Of a stretch of 64,000 nucleotides of DNA, positions 37,801 to 45,374 are shown piece after piece. The translations under genes were made by a program, and so were the position numbers. Numbering within the stretch: position 1 is the stretch's first letter; every line of letters starts with the position of its first letter. Source of the stretch: a virus; the IMG/VR virus record IMGVR_UViG_3300047284_000378; one strand, given 5' to 3'. The notes beneath the pieces were generated by a model. The model had not been told where the DNA came from, ran no database searches, and was given only the letters and a program-made list of their open reading frames with translations.

Positions 37801-39286
37801 TACAGGAGATATTATTAGTTCGGGAAGTCTGATACCGGCTATCACTGGCGGATTCATGGCTCTAGATGGTCAACTGGCTATGAAAGCCGATATGGATATA
37901 GGCGGCAACAAGATAGAAAATCTAGCAGATCCCACTGGCCCACAAGATGCTGTTAACCTAAGAAGCTTGGTCGCATCAAACTTCCAAGAGTTTGATATCG
38001 TTGATCCAAGAGCAGGCGATCTACTTGTCTATACAGGTAATCAGAAAGATGCTGAAAATGCATCAGTGGTCGGAGATATCAGCCTAAGTATAGACAGCAC
38101 AGCACATACTATAGATGCACAGATCAACCCCGGAGTAATAGTCAACGCGGATATTAATGCATCGGCTGCGATCATTCAAAGCAAACTGAGTCTACAGGCA
38201 GCTACGACCCGAGCTAATGCCACAGGTATAACACAAGCAGATCGTGGTCTAGCAAGTTTTGACAGTGCTCAATTTGATGTCACCGGAGGATGGGTAACAC
38301 TGAAAGACAACGGTATCGCTCTGTCTGACTTACCGCAGGTTGCTACTAAGACTGTGTTAGGTAACACCACACTGATAACCAACAATGTCAGTGCGGTGCC
38401 TTTCACTGATGTGGTCAACGACGGCGGTGCTATCAAGAAGAGCCAATTCAGCAGTGGTACAGGGTATCTACGCAGAATTGGTTTTACTTTTAATAACGAC
38501 ACCGACTACGCTATCGTCGACGAGTCGTCTGCGAACACTGCCAGTACACTGGTCAAACGTGACAGCAACGGTGACTTCGCTGCTAGAAACATCAGTGTAG
38601 AAAGGCTGGTCGTAGATACTAAAACTGTATTAGATACTACCACATCACTGACAGGTGGTTATACACAGGTATACGGTTTCTTAGGTCAGGTTGGCATATT
38701 GATCGGTGATGGATCTGTGGCCACTGATAAGCGTTCTTTCTATGACAACGACGGACACACATTTAGAACACAGAACGGTCTGGCTAATGCTCCGATCGTG
38801 TGTTCTAGCGTACAGGCAACATTGCTGACCACCGGAGCAGTCAGTACTGCGGGAACTGTTACAGGTAACTGGAGTTTAAGTGCTGGATCGAGATTCCAAG
38901 CAACCTATGCCGACTTAGCAGAGTACTACGAGGGTGACCGAGAATATGAAGTAGGTACTGTATTAGTATTCGGTGGCGACAAAGAAGTCACTACTACAAC
39001 AGTAAAAATGGATACTAGAGTAGCAGGTGTCGTCAGCGATACTGCTGCCTATACTATGAACTCGGCATGTCCTGGTTACAAAAATCTTATAGCACTACAG
39101 GGTAGAGTTAAGTGTAAGGTCGTGGGAAGGATCCGTAAGGGAGATATATTGGTCACAACCGGAATTCCGGGAGTAGCAGGTTTACCAGAAAATCAAGCGC
39201 AGGCTGGTACCATAATTGGTAAATCACTGCAAGACTATGATTCAGATCACATTGGCACCATTGAGGTAGCCGTAGGAAGGACATAA
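31880..39286 (+). CDS. Giant virion structural protein (baseplate wedge/tail), 2468 aa
   Basis: T4 gp9/gp10-like N-terminus (GNDGTGDSIRDSFRKVNDNF); FCCH-like beta domains (AHGLSNGD); C-terminal ADLAEYY...IALQGRV...TIIGKS chaperone/autoprotease-like domain. Confidence 0.8.
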   Translation: MARKIIDIGTVGNDGTGDSIRDSFRKVNDNFRELYSSLGLGEKLTFINLDDTPADYLGQENAILSVNNTETGLAFKQLVPGSGISVDFTTNASEIRISAEFSRVSADPAPQLGGPLNAFSGDNRYTIANLPDLTDPAEFTAAFARVTSIYGTNNDVDDPGRVAVNKRYADSKISLAGIDGIDPVTGDPTPAFGQMTGPLILSRDPIPEDDLVHNGLVAATKRYVDNSAFGSTVNLYVATSGQDDRVGVSAALQGRALAYAYRTIEAACKRAEELILESRLEIGPYKKLLTYNQGASFCTLAGITEAPASGGGFLGHALMSVDTVAINNLGVNYKIGDILTVSGGTATQPARYQVLSITEAGGIISVLQLSSGVYTALPGSTNIATTDNSAFGAGATFDLTYKVNNVIVDAGGSGYGLVSVRIIPAPGDTTGSGAFGTADVVGGIVQSITITDQGSNFTALPSVIVNLPRFLIRTDFYRTDFTGDVLTNTPTAIRGRDIREGLYLRGETSGALAQILAHQGALDSDGNEIFDVDIKYGSFQDDEIISYGDVARQKQISILVESGIYEENLPIRIPVNTSIVGDEFRRVIIRPKPGRSSSPWAFIHFRRDLTVGEENTDLLTVADRLFGYHYLTNSGQPVYPIVNNKGYYRSAAQLLLLNREFIQKEVIGWISHQVQNNIDPFTSSFEYDAEVCERDVGLIIDSMIFDLRYGGSSRTISAALKYFGNASGLVAINDQLSETVAGIRRINTLAQLVIRNVEVTEIYQTAVPQIVDGAYISEVGAGGTSISISGVTSADPVVVTTSSAHGLSNGDQILISEVGGTTAINGNDYYVEVIDSTSVYLYNDLSLTDAVDGTNFGAYTSGGYITNNGGVIGALTDVIIDVISGSVAVNYPKNNNEMDVFLCNDAVRFQAVTFQGHGGFAMVLDPEGQILAKSPYAQECASFSRSTGRQTFAGGQYVDGFTGNLKFRIISKDSNTFLRVGDLMRMPQLPASFIVRDTVYRINYVRDFVFNPAGSTASLVLDESTPWPFDVFSYDDEICSRDVGLIIDGLGYDIALGTNYHARKSGLSYRQANAHVVVEDQLQLTLDAIEFAHTTAYELLDSYPAAQSVVQSSELVILDIIENGTTFAPTLTFTNPTGLSSDLVKAKNQLVNNVTFIKDEVIGYINSTYPSLVYDSDNFSRDIQYIIEALIYDLIYGGNSETRKSGLRYYDGVGNAEVLQIPSGQLLETSAGILYASYLAQQVIQNLPPATTYSLTTRTTGPAATATEATTINTLLANVNSILLGGTSAAAAEVLPTLSAYPYATNDLNARTILVTEKADIQQAVIDYVDENANVYEILMPGNRSMLSNDFTQINDLGYGIVVNNGGLVEAVSMFTYYCHISYYSMGGGQIRSVAGSSAHGNYALVAQGADPLEVPTPVTLYYDLGQGITCYYPSGTFANTLGGLVLFVTYDDYVPLDVSELEVDHGLGQIYRYPVVSVSTADLPAGVARLGLRSSEGTGTDGLAAVIPDGTRMTIRQNAQVVLTGDVVDVAVRPSTGLVLAESVDVYRILQFENYTDPSGGYVFTISIASPAVITRASHGLKPGYQFSLSTTGSLPTGVDTVTVYYVLSDEFTANSFRFSATKNGSAIVTSGSQSGTHSYLVEGLARTTLRENYNYVDLSLWSIQPYSSSSQACTITIASPAVVTAVSHGFVVGDVIRFETTGSLPGGISINKHYFVTATPSLDTFRFSDVSGVSAVDLDTFGSQSGTHVVGKVKGYIGDDTLAVTPLGTADSERVLGTKFVWKGTTHTISSYSNETVTGEPYGLITFSPALADSAVYFTYLPTFKSATLKHEPGTLTIRISLTRVTSHDLLEIGTGSYADTNYPNEIYGPPVNSINDANETEERGVGRVFYVTTDQFGNFSVGPYFRVDQGTGTVTFAAAIALSNLDGIGFKRGVPVSEFSTDTGFSDNATDTVPTENATRGYLDRRLGLSHTGDIISSGSLIPAITGGFMALDGQLAMKADMDIGGNKIENLADPTGPQDAVNLRSLVASNFQEFDIVDPRAGDLLVYTGNQKDAENASVVGDISLSIDSTAHTIDAQINPGVIVNADINASAAIIQSKLSLQAATTRANATGITQADRGLASFDSAQFDVTGGWVTLKDNGIALSDLPQVATKTVLGNTTLITNNVSAVPFTDVVNDGGAIKKSQFSSGTGYLRRIGFTFNNDTDYAIVDESSANTASTLVKRDSNGDFAARNISVERLVVDTKTVLDTTTSLTGGYTQVYGFLGQVGILIGDGSVATDKRSFYDNDGHTFRTQNGLANAPIVCSSVQATLLTTGAVSTAGTVTGNWSLSAGSRFQATYADLAEYYEGDREYEVGTVLVFGGDKEVTTTTVKMDTRVAGVVSDTAAYTMNSACPGYKNLIALQGRVKCKVVGRIRKGDILVTTGIPGVAGLPENQAQAGTIIGKSLQDYDSDHIGTIEVAVGRT

Positions 39287-41736
39287 TGGCAAGAAGAACA
39301 ATAGACCCCAAAAAGGCTCCTATATTATGGAGTACCATAGACCAAGCCTTCGAGGACATAAATTTAAATTTCACTGAATTATATGCTACCGTAGGAGGTC
39401 CCGGGGGTGTAGTTGATTTCAATGCCCTTCCTACAAATGTTGTGCCTAGTGACAGCGGAACCTATGATCTCGGATCAACTACCAAGAGATGGCGTGATCT
39501 TTATCTTACTGGAACTACCATTTATCTAGGTGATGCTGTGATTTCTTCTGTGGATGGCAAGGTTAATTTGCCTCCAGGAAGTTCTATAGGCGGCTCAATA
39601 CTCGATCAAGAATATTTCAAATCCATCGCGGTTACTGGACAGGACAGCATTGTTGCAGATGCAGGCGGTAACGACGTACTAAACATAGCATCAGGTGGTG
39701 GAATTTCCATTACAACAAATGCCAGTACTGATACCTTGACTATCACTAATAACGGTGTAACTTCAGCTCTAGCAGGCACTGGTATAGGTGTAAGTGCTGC
39801 ATCCGGCGCTGTAACATTTACTAACACAGGAGTTACTGGTCTTGTAGCAGGCAGCGGCATGAGCGTAAGTGCTGCTACAGGAAATATAACCGTGGCAAAT
39901 ACTGGTGTTCTAAGCGTGGTTACAGATCCCGGTTCAGGTATCAGCCTTGATACTTCCACGCCCGGTGTAGTTAGAATTACCAACAGCGCACCTAATACCA
40001 CACAGAATTTATATAGAAATATCGCGGTCTCTGGTCAGGTAACATTGATCGCCGGCGATCCGCTGGCTACATTGACATTGGCCAACGGTAATGGAATAAA
40101 CATAACTACCACACCAGCTTCAGACACAGTTACAGTAACCAACACTGGGGTGACCAGCCTTGCTGTGGCATCTCCTGGTCTAAGCGTATCAGGTAGTACA
40201 GGTTCCTTGACTCTGACCAACACAGGAGTCACAGCGATTTCTGCGGGCAGCGGTATAGGCATCAATACCAGCACAGGAACTGTGGTAGTATCTAATACCA
40301 GATACGGATTCGTAAACATAGCAGTATCTACACCAGGACAGAATCCTTTACAAGCAGACAATGCATCAGACACAGTGACATTTGTCGCAGGTGATGGTAT
40401 AGTACTATCTACCAATGAGATCAACGACAGCCTTACTATCGATGTAAACTATGTCAAGGGTAACGTATATTCTGAAACGTCAACACTACTGATCAATGCT
40501 GCCACCGGAAAGATAGTCGGTGACATTGAGACTGGACGTCTAAGAACCAGCGAGGCTTCCATATACTTAGGTTACAATGCTGGGGCAACCAGTACTTCAA
40601 ACTACACAGTGGGTATTGGTTGGGAGGCACAGAAAACAAATCCCCAGGGATACACAGTAGGCATTGGCTCATATGCCGGAAAACTAAATCAATCGCAGGC
40701 TGCTGTAGCGGTTGGATCTAATGCAGGTGAATTCAATCAAGGTAACAGTGCTGTGGCTGTTGGAGTCTATGCGGGACAAAACAATCAAGGTAATAATGCC
40801 ATAGCCATAGGTAACCAGGCAGGAGTTACTAATCAACCTGCCGGTAGTATTATTATCAACGCATCGGGAATAGTACTTAACGGAAGTGCTATAGGATTTT
40901 ATGTGTCGCCTATCAGAGAAGTCACTGGGCCACAGGTACTTTATTATAATCCTTCAGACAAAGAAGTTACATGGGGACCAACTCCGTCGGGAGGTACAGG
41001 CGGCAGCGGCACAGGAGATTTTGAATTAAATGTTGCCGGAGACGACTCAACAGTAAGAAGATTGTTCTCGGGAGAAACATTGAAATTTGTCGGCTCGGCA
41101 GGTATTACCACAGCCACAGACGGTGAAGGACAAGTTACTATCACAGGACCTTCTTTGGCCACTGTGGCTACCAGCGGTAGTTATAACGACCTATCTAATC
41201 TACCAACGATTCCAGCAGCATATTCATCCACTAGCATTGATGCTCTTTCTGATGTTGATACTTCGACAACTCCACCCACTAATGGACAGAGTCTGGTTTG
41301 GAATTCAACCAGCAGTAAATGGTTACCTGGTACTGTTTCGGGAGGCGGTGGAAGTCTACAATCAAGATCAAACATATCAGCAACTACGGCCAGCCTCGCT
41401 AATGCTGCCACAGGAAATCTAACCATAACCGGTTACAAAGGTTATATGTTATACAAAATCCAAACTTCAGCAGCGGCTTGGGTCAGGATTTATACAGATA
41501 TAGCTAGTAGGACCGCAGATGGTTCTAGATTAGAAGGAGTAGATCCTGCGCCTGGTGCAGGTGTGATCGCAGAAGTGATAACCACAGGAGCACAGACTAT
41601 ATTAGTAAGTCCAGGTGCCCTAGGATTCAGCAACGAAACTAGTCCAGATACTAATATTCAATTAGCTGTAACAAACAAGAGTGGTGGCACAACCACTATC
41701 ACTGTCACACTAACTGTAGTACAGCTAGAGGCATAA
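39286..41736 (+). CDS. Tail fibre protein
   Basis: About seven NNGVT/NTGVT-type repeats; G.G.N repeats; module shared with 4185-5915. Confidence 0.75.
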   Translation: MARRTIDPKKAPILWSTIDQAFEDINLNFTELYATVGGPGGVVDFNALPTNVVPSDSGTYDLGSTTKRWRDLYLTGTTIYLGDAVISSVDGKVNLPPGSSIGGSILDQEYFKSIAVTGQDSIVADAGGNDVLNIASGGGISITTNASTDTLTITNNGVTSALAGTGIGVSAASGAVTFTNTGVTGLVAGSGMSVSAATGNITVANTGVLSVVTDPGSGISLDTSTPGVVRITNSAPNTTQNLYRNIAVSGQVTLIAGDPLATLTLANGNGINITTTPASDTVTVTNTGVTSLAVASPGLSVSGSTGSLTLTNTGVTAISAGSGIGINTSTGTVVVSNTRYGFVNIAVSTPGQNPLQADNASDTVTFVAGDGIVLSTNEINDSLTIDVNYVKGNVYSETSTLLINAATGKIVGDIETGRLRTSEASIYLGYNAGATSTSNYTVGIGWEAQKTNPQGYTVGIGSYAGKLNQSQAAVAVGSNAGEFNQGNSAVAVGVYAGQNNQGNNAIAIGNQAGVTNQPAGSIIINASGIVLNGSAIGFYVSPIREVTGPQVLYYNPSDKEVTWGPTPSGGTGGSGTGDFELNVAGDDSTVRRLFSGETLKFVGSAGITTATDGEGQVTITGPSLATVATSGSYNDLSNLPTIPAAYSSTSIDALSDVDTSTTPPTNGQSLVWNSTSSKWLPGTVSGGGGSLQSRSNISATTASLANAATGNLTITGYKGYMLYKIQTSAAAWVRIYTDIASRTADGSRLEGVDPAPGAGVIAEVITTGAQTILVSPGALGFSNETSPDTNIQLAVTNKSGGTTTITVTLTVVQLEA

Positions 41737-41737
41737 C

Positions 41738-44431
41738 ATGTCTGAATCACTGCAATACATTAGAACAAGAAAATATATCGTAACTGTCAACAGCTACGAT
41801 GATCTTGATTCTGTCTATGAAGATTTAGAAACCTTTGGAAAAACTCCCCCGGGGTTAGAAATTTTCAGAGAAGTAGAATGTGCAGAAAGAAAACCTTCCA
41901 GCAGAAGCACTATCTATAGGCTAACAGAATGGGAAGCAGGAGAATTATCTAGAGATCCCCGTGTTAAAACAGTCGAGCCGCACCCTTCAGAACTTGGAAT
42001 CACCGCAGGTATAAATTCAACCGAACAGACATCTACTGCCTGGGACAAATCGGGATCAACAAGTTCGTCAATGAAGAATTGGGGGCTATTGAGATGTAGT
42101 GAAGGTGAACAAAGAACAGGATGGGGTGGCACTGGCTACGAAGGTAACGGATCAGGAACCGCTGCACAGACTGGAACTATTTCTCTAACACAGACTGGAA
42201 GAAATGTAGATGTGGTCGTCATTGACGAAAACGGTCTAGTCTGGAATCATCCAGAATATGCCAGAAATGCTGACGGTACCGGCGGTACTAGAACTACACA
42301 GTATAATTGGTTCCAACACAATCCTGCGGTCAAAGGCACATCAGCAGGAACATATACGTATGGTACAGGCAGTCATTCAAGTCACGTGGCAGGCACGGTC
42401 GCAGGCAACACTCAGGGCTGGGCCAGAGATGCCAACATCTACAACATATACTATCTAGCTGGAGACTCTGGTCTAGGAGATTGGGATTTTCAATATGTCA
42501 TGGACTATGTTAGACAATTCCATGCTAACAAGAGCATCAATCCTGCCACAGGAAGAAAAAATCCTACTATAACAAATAACAGTTGGGGCATGAGTATATT
42601 TCCTAGCGAATGGAGTTTCTCGGATATCACCGCAGTGACCTACAGAGGCACACGCTATGCACCAGAAGGAGTGACAACGTTCTTAGGCACCAGCGGAGTC
42701 TGTACAGCCACTAGTCGATTAGCAGTTCTTTTAGGTTTTGAAAATTTTGGCAATCGTATTACCAGTTCTGGACCAGCGACTACTCCCGGTGGCACTATCA
42801 CGGCTAAGCCAGCATCATGGACACAAGACAGTCCGCAGAGTGTTTACATAGCAGAACTCGTAGCACCGAGTTCTTCTTATGTGGTAAATCTAACTACCAC
42901 AGGATCAAATACTGTAGTGCGTGTTAAATCAGATATCGCATCTGGTGGTAGTATCGGTATCACTACCCTGTCAGCATCTATACAGATCGTCAGGTCTTCA
43001 GACAATAGCGTGGTAGCCACATTCAGCCAAGGTCCTCTGACATCAGACAACGGCGGCGATGTATCTATATTAATCGACGAAAACGTCACACTGTCATCCG
43101 TGGGCAGTTATATCATAACATATTCTACCACCTTACAGAACAGCGGCGTGGCCAGTCCGGTAACAGCCTTTGCCATGTTGGCTACTATCAATACTACCCC
43201 AACTACCGAAAATGCCACGGTCACTGAAATACCTAACCTACTGTTGGGATCTGCTTCACTGACAGCATCAACAACTCCTACTGTGGGCAATAGCGACGAC
43301 GGATACTGGACATTAAATCTTCCTTTTAACATAGAATATCTAGGTTCTACTTACTCTACGATTTATCCCAGCACAAACTTTTACCTAACCTTTGGAGCAG
43401 GGTCTACTGTATGGAACGGTGTAAGTATTTCTAATCCGGGCCTACCAAAAATCATGTGGTGTGCTAGAGATAATTCTGTTCAAAGGATCTACTATGGCGT
43501 TGAAGGATCAGCGCCAAATAGAACATACAGAGTAAGACTAGAAGGTAATTCTTCTACGTCAGGAACACTAGGCAGTCCCGGAATGGTCTGTGAATATACA
43601 TTTTATGAATCGAATCCTAGCAGAATCGATCTACAGACGGGCGTCAACAGTGCCAAGCAGACATCGGGCGGATTTACCACTGCCCAATTGAATGCCTGGG
43701 GATTTATCTCGGGACAGCGTATACCTTCAAGAGTCAGCAGTCTAGATGCAGACATAGAAGATGCCATCGACGAAGGAATAATTTTTGTTGGTGCAGCAGG
43801 TAATGGCAGATGGCGTCACTGCTTGCCTGGAGATCTAGACTGGGATAATAGTTTTGAAATGGCTGTGAGATATCCAGCCAGTGTCAGCGCACCTTACTAT
43901 TATATGAGAGGTACTAGTCCTACAGCCAATGACGATGTCATAAATGGTGATTACGATATACCTAACATCTGCGTGGGATCAATTGATTCTATCCAGATAG
44001 ATCAAAAAGCTCTGTACAGTGATTGTGGTACCGGTGTAGACATTTGGGCGCCTGGGACTAACATCATCAGTGCGTTACCCAGCGGAACCGCTGATCCAAG
44101 AAGTGCCAGCTATTACCTAGACAAGTACAACGGAACCAGCATGGCCAGTCCACAGGTCTGTGGAGTCTTGGCCTGTGCTCTAGAAATTTATCCTCACTGG
44201 AAACAAGAAGACGCCAAAGCATACATAACTGGTATAGCCAAGCTGAATCAATTAACAGCTAGCACAGGAGGCCCCACAGACGGTCAAGATCTACAAGGTG
44301 CTCCTAATAAGACATTGTATTATCTAAAAGAACGAGCGAGTTCTGGAAACGTATTTCCAAAAATAAATTATAACGTAAGACCCTCAACAGGATCAGTATA
44401 TCCTAGAACCAGAATAAGAAGGACTGTATAA
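41738..44431 (+). CDS. Subtilisin-like (S8) serine protease with a large inserted domain
   Basis: D163 (VVVID), H213 (HSSHVAGT), NNSWG, GAAGN and S801 (GTSMASP). Confidence 0.9.
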   Translation: MSESLQYIRTRKYIVTVNSYDDLDSVYEDLETFGKTPPGLEIFREVECAERKPSSRSTIYRLTEWEAGELSRDPRVKTVEPHPSELGITAGINSTEQTSTAWDKSGSTSSSMKNWGLLRCSEGEQRTGWGGTGYEGNGSGTAAQTGTISLTQTGRNVDVVVIDENGLVWNHPEYARNADGTGGTRTTQYNWFQHNPAVKGTSAGTYTYGTGSHSSHVAGTVAGNTQGWARDANIYNIYYLAGDSGLGDWDFQYVMDYVRQFHANKSINPATGRKNPTITNNSWGMSIFPSEWSFSDITAVTYRGTRYAPEGVTTFLGTSGVCTATSRLAVLLGFENFGNRITSSGPATTPGGTITAKPASWTQDSPQSVYIAELVAPSSSYVVNLTTTGSNTVVRVKSDIASGGSIGITTLSASIQIVRSSDNSVVATFSQGPLTSDNGGDVSILIDENVTLSSVGSYIITYSTTLQNSGVASPVTAFAMLATINTTPTTENATVTEIPNLLLGSASLTASTTPTVGNSDDGYWTLNLPFNIEYLGSTYSTIYPSTNFYLTFGAGSTVWNGVSISNPGLPKIMWCARDNSVQRIYYGVEGSAPNRTYRVRLEGNSSTSGTLGSPGMVCEYTFYESNPSRIDLQTGVNSAKQTSGGFTTAQLNAWGFISGQRIPSRVSSLDADIEDAIDEGIIFVGAAGNGRWRHCLPGDLDWDNSFEMAVRYPASVSAPYYYMRGTSPTANDDVINGDYDIPNICVGSIDSIQIDQKALYSDCGTGVDIWAPGTNIISALPSGTADPRSASYYLDKYNGTSMASPQVCGVLACALEIYPHWKQEDAKAYITGIAKLNQLTASTGGPTDGQDLQGAPNKTLYYLKERASSGNVFPKINYNVRPSTGSVYPRTRIRRTV

Positions 44432-44442
44432 CGGAGCGCAAT

Positions 44443-44784
44443 ATGGCAAAACAAAATATCAACGTCGGAACCACAGAAAATGACAGGAAAGGCGATAGTC
44501 TAAGAGTTGCGTTTCAAAAAGTAAATGCTAACTTTACAGAACTTTATACAGCACTGGGATTAGATGTTGCCCCTTTAAATCTAGGGGCGTTTGAATTTGC
44601 AGGCAGCACACTAAGTACCACTGACAGTACTGCCATTGTTATTGATCAAGCTACTACTGTGACCAGCGATTTAACTGTTGGTGGAGACATTATTGCAAGC
44701 AATATCAAACAGGTAACAAGCACAGCTGGATTGAAACAAGTTTATTTTGATCCAGCCACTGGACAGTTAGTCGCTGTAATTTAA
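44443..44784 (+). CDS. Baseplate/tail-associated protein
   Basis: gp9/gp10-like N-terminus GDSLRVAFQKVNANFTELY. Confidence 0.7.
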   Translation: MAKQNINVGTTENDRKGDSLRVAFQKVNANFTELYTALGLDVAPLNLGAFEFAGSTLSTTDSTAIVIDQATTVTSDLTVGGDIIASNIKQVTSTAGLKQVYFDPATGQLVAVI

Positions 44785-44810
44785 GTTAAATATACTAAAG
44801 AGAGCGGATT

Positions 44811-45365
44811 ATGACTATACAAACAATTAATATCGGTAATCAAGTCAACGACGGCTTAGGCGATGACCTACGCACGGCATTCCAAAAAGTAAATGCAAAC
44901 TTTGCAGAATTAAATGCTAGTTTAACTGTAACTGCCAGCAATACGGGTTCTACTGGTATTGGCGTTTTCAAAGAAAAAGTAGGCGCTGATCTAAAATTCA
45001 AAAAACTGGTTTCCGGTACTAAAATATTCCTAGAAGAATTCACAGATTCTATCGTAATTAATAATCAACAGCCCGACGGCTTTGTAAGAATAGATACCAA
45101 CAACGGCACAGTATTAGGAGATGATTATATCAATATCACTCTCCAGGGAGCCGACGGTACTGAAAATATCACCACCAGTGTCGTTGGTAGTGTTATATCA
45201 GTTAACACAGTATTACCTGTTACGCAGATTTTAACCTATTATGATTTCGGAACTATCAATCAAGATTTTACCAATGTCTTGCAGCTAGCCCTGTCAGCAG
45301 CAAACATAGATTTCGGAACTATATCTAACCCAGGAACAGTCAGTCTAGATCTAGGCTTGTTTTAA
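44811..45365 (+). CDS. Baseplate/tail-associated protein
   Basis: GDDLRTAFQKVNANFAEL; TAAATA at 44787-44792. Confidence 0.7.
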   Translation: MTIQTINIGNQVNDGLGDDLRTAFQKVNANFAELNASLTVTASNTGSTGIGVFKEKVGADLKFKKLVSGTKIFLEEFTDSIVINNQQPDGFVRIDTNNGTVLGDDYINITLQGADGTENITTSVVGSVISVNTVLPVTQILTYYDFGTINQDFTNVLQLALSAANIDFGTISNPGTVSLDLGLF

Positions 45366-45374
45366 GGAACTCCT

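Noticed and set aside
39700-40320. CRISPR array or DNA tandem repeat
   Set aside because: The repeats are degenerate codons for NTGVT protein motifs inside an open fibre gene; there are no identical repeats with unique spacers.
4185-41736. Diversity-generating retroelement acting on the fibres
   Set aside because: There is no reverse transcriptase and no template/variable repeat pair differing at adenines in the window.
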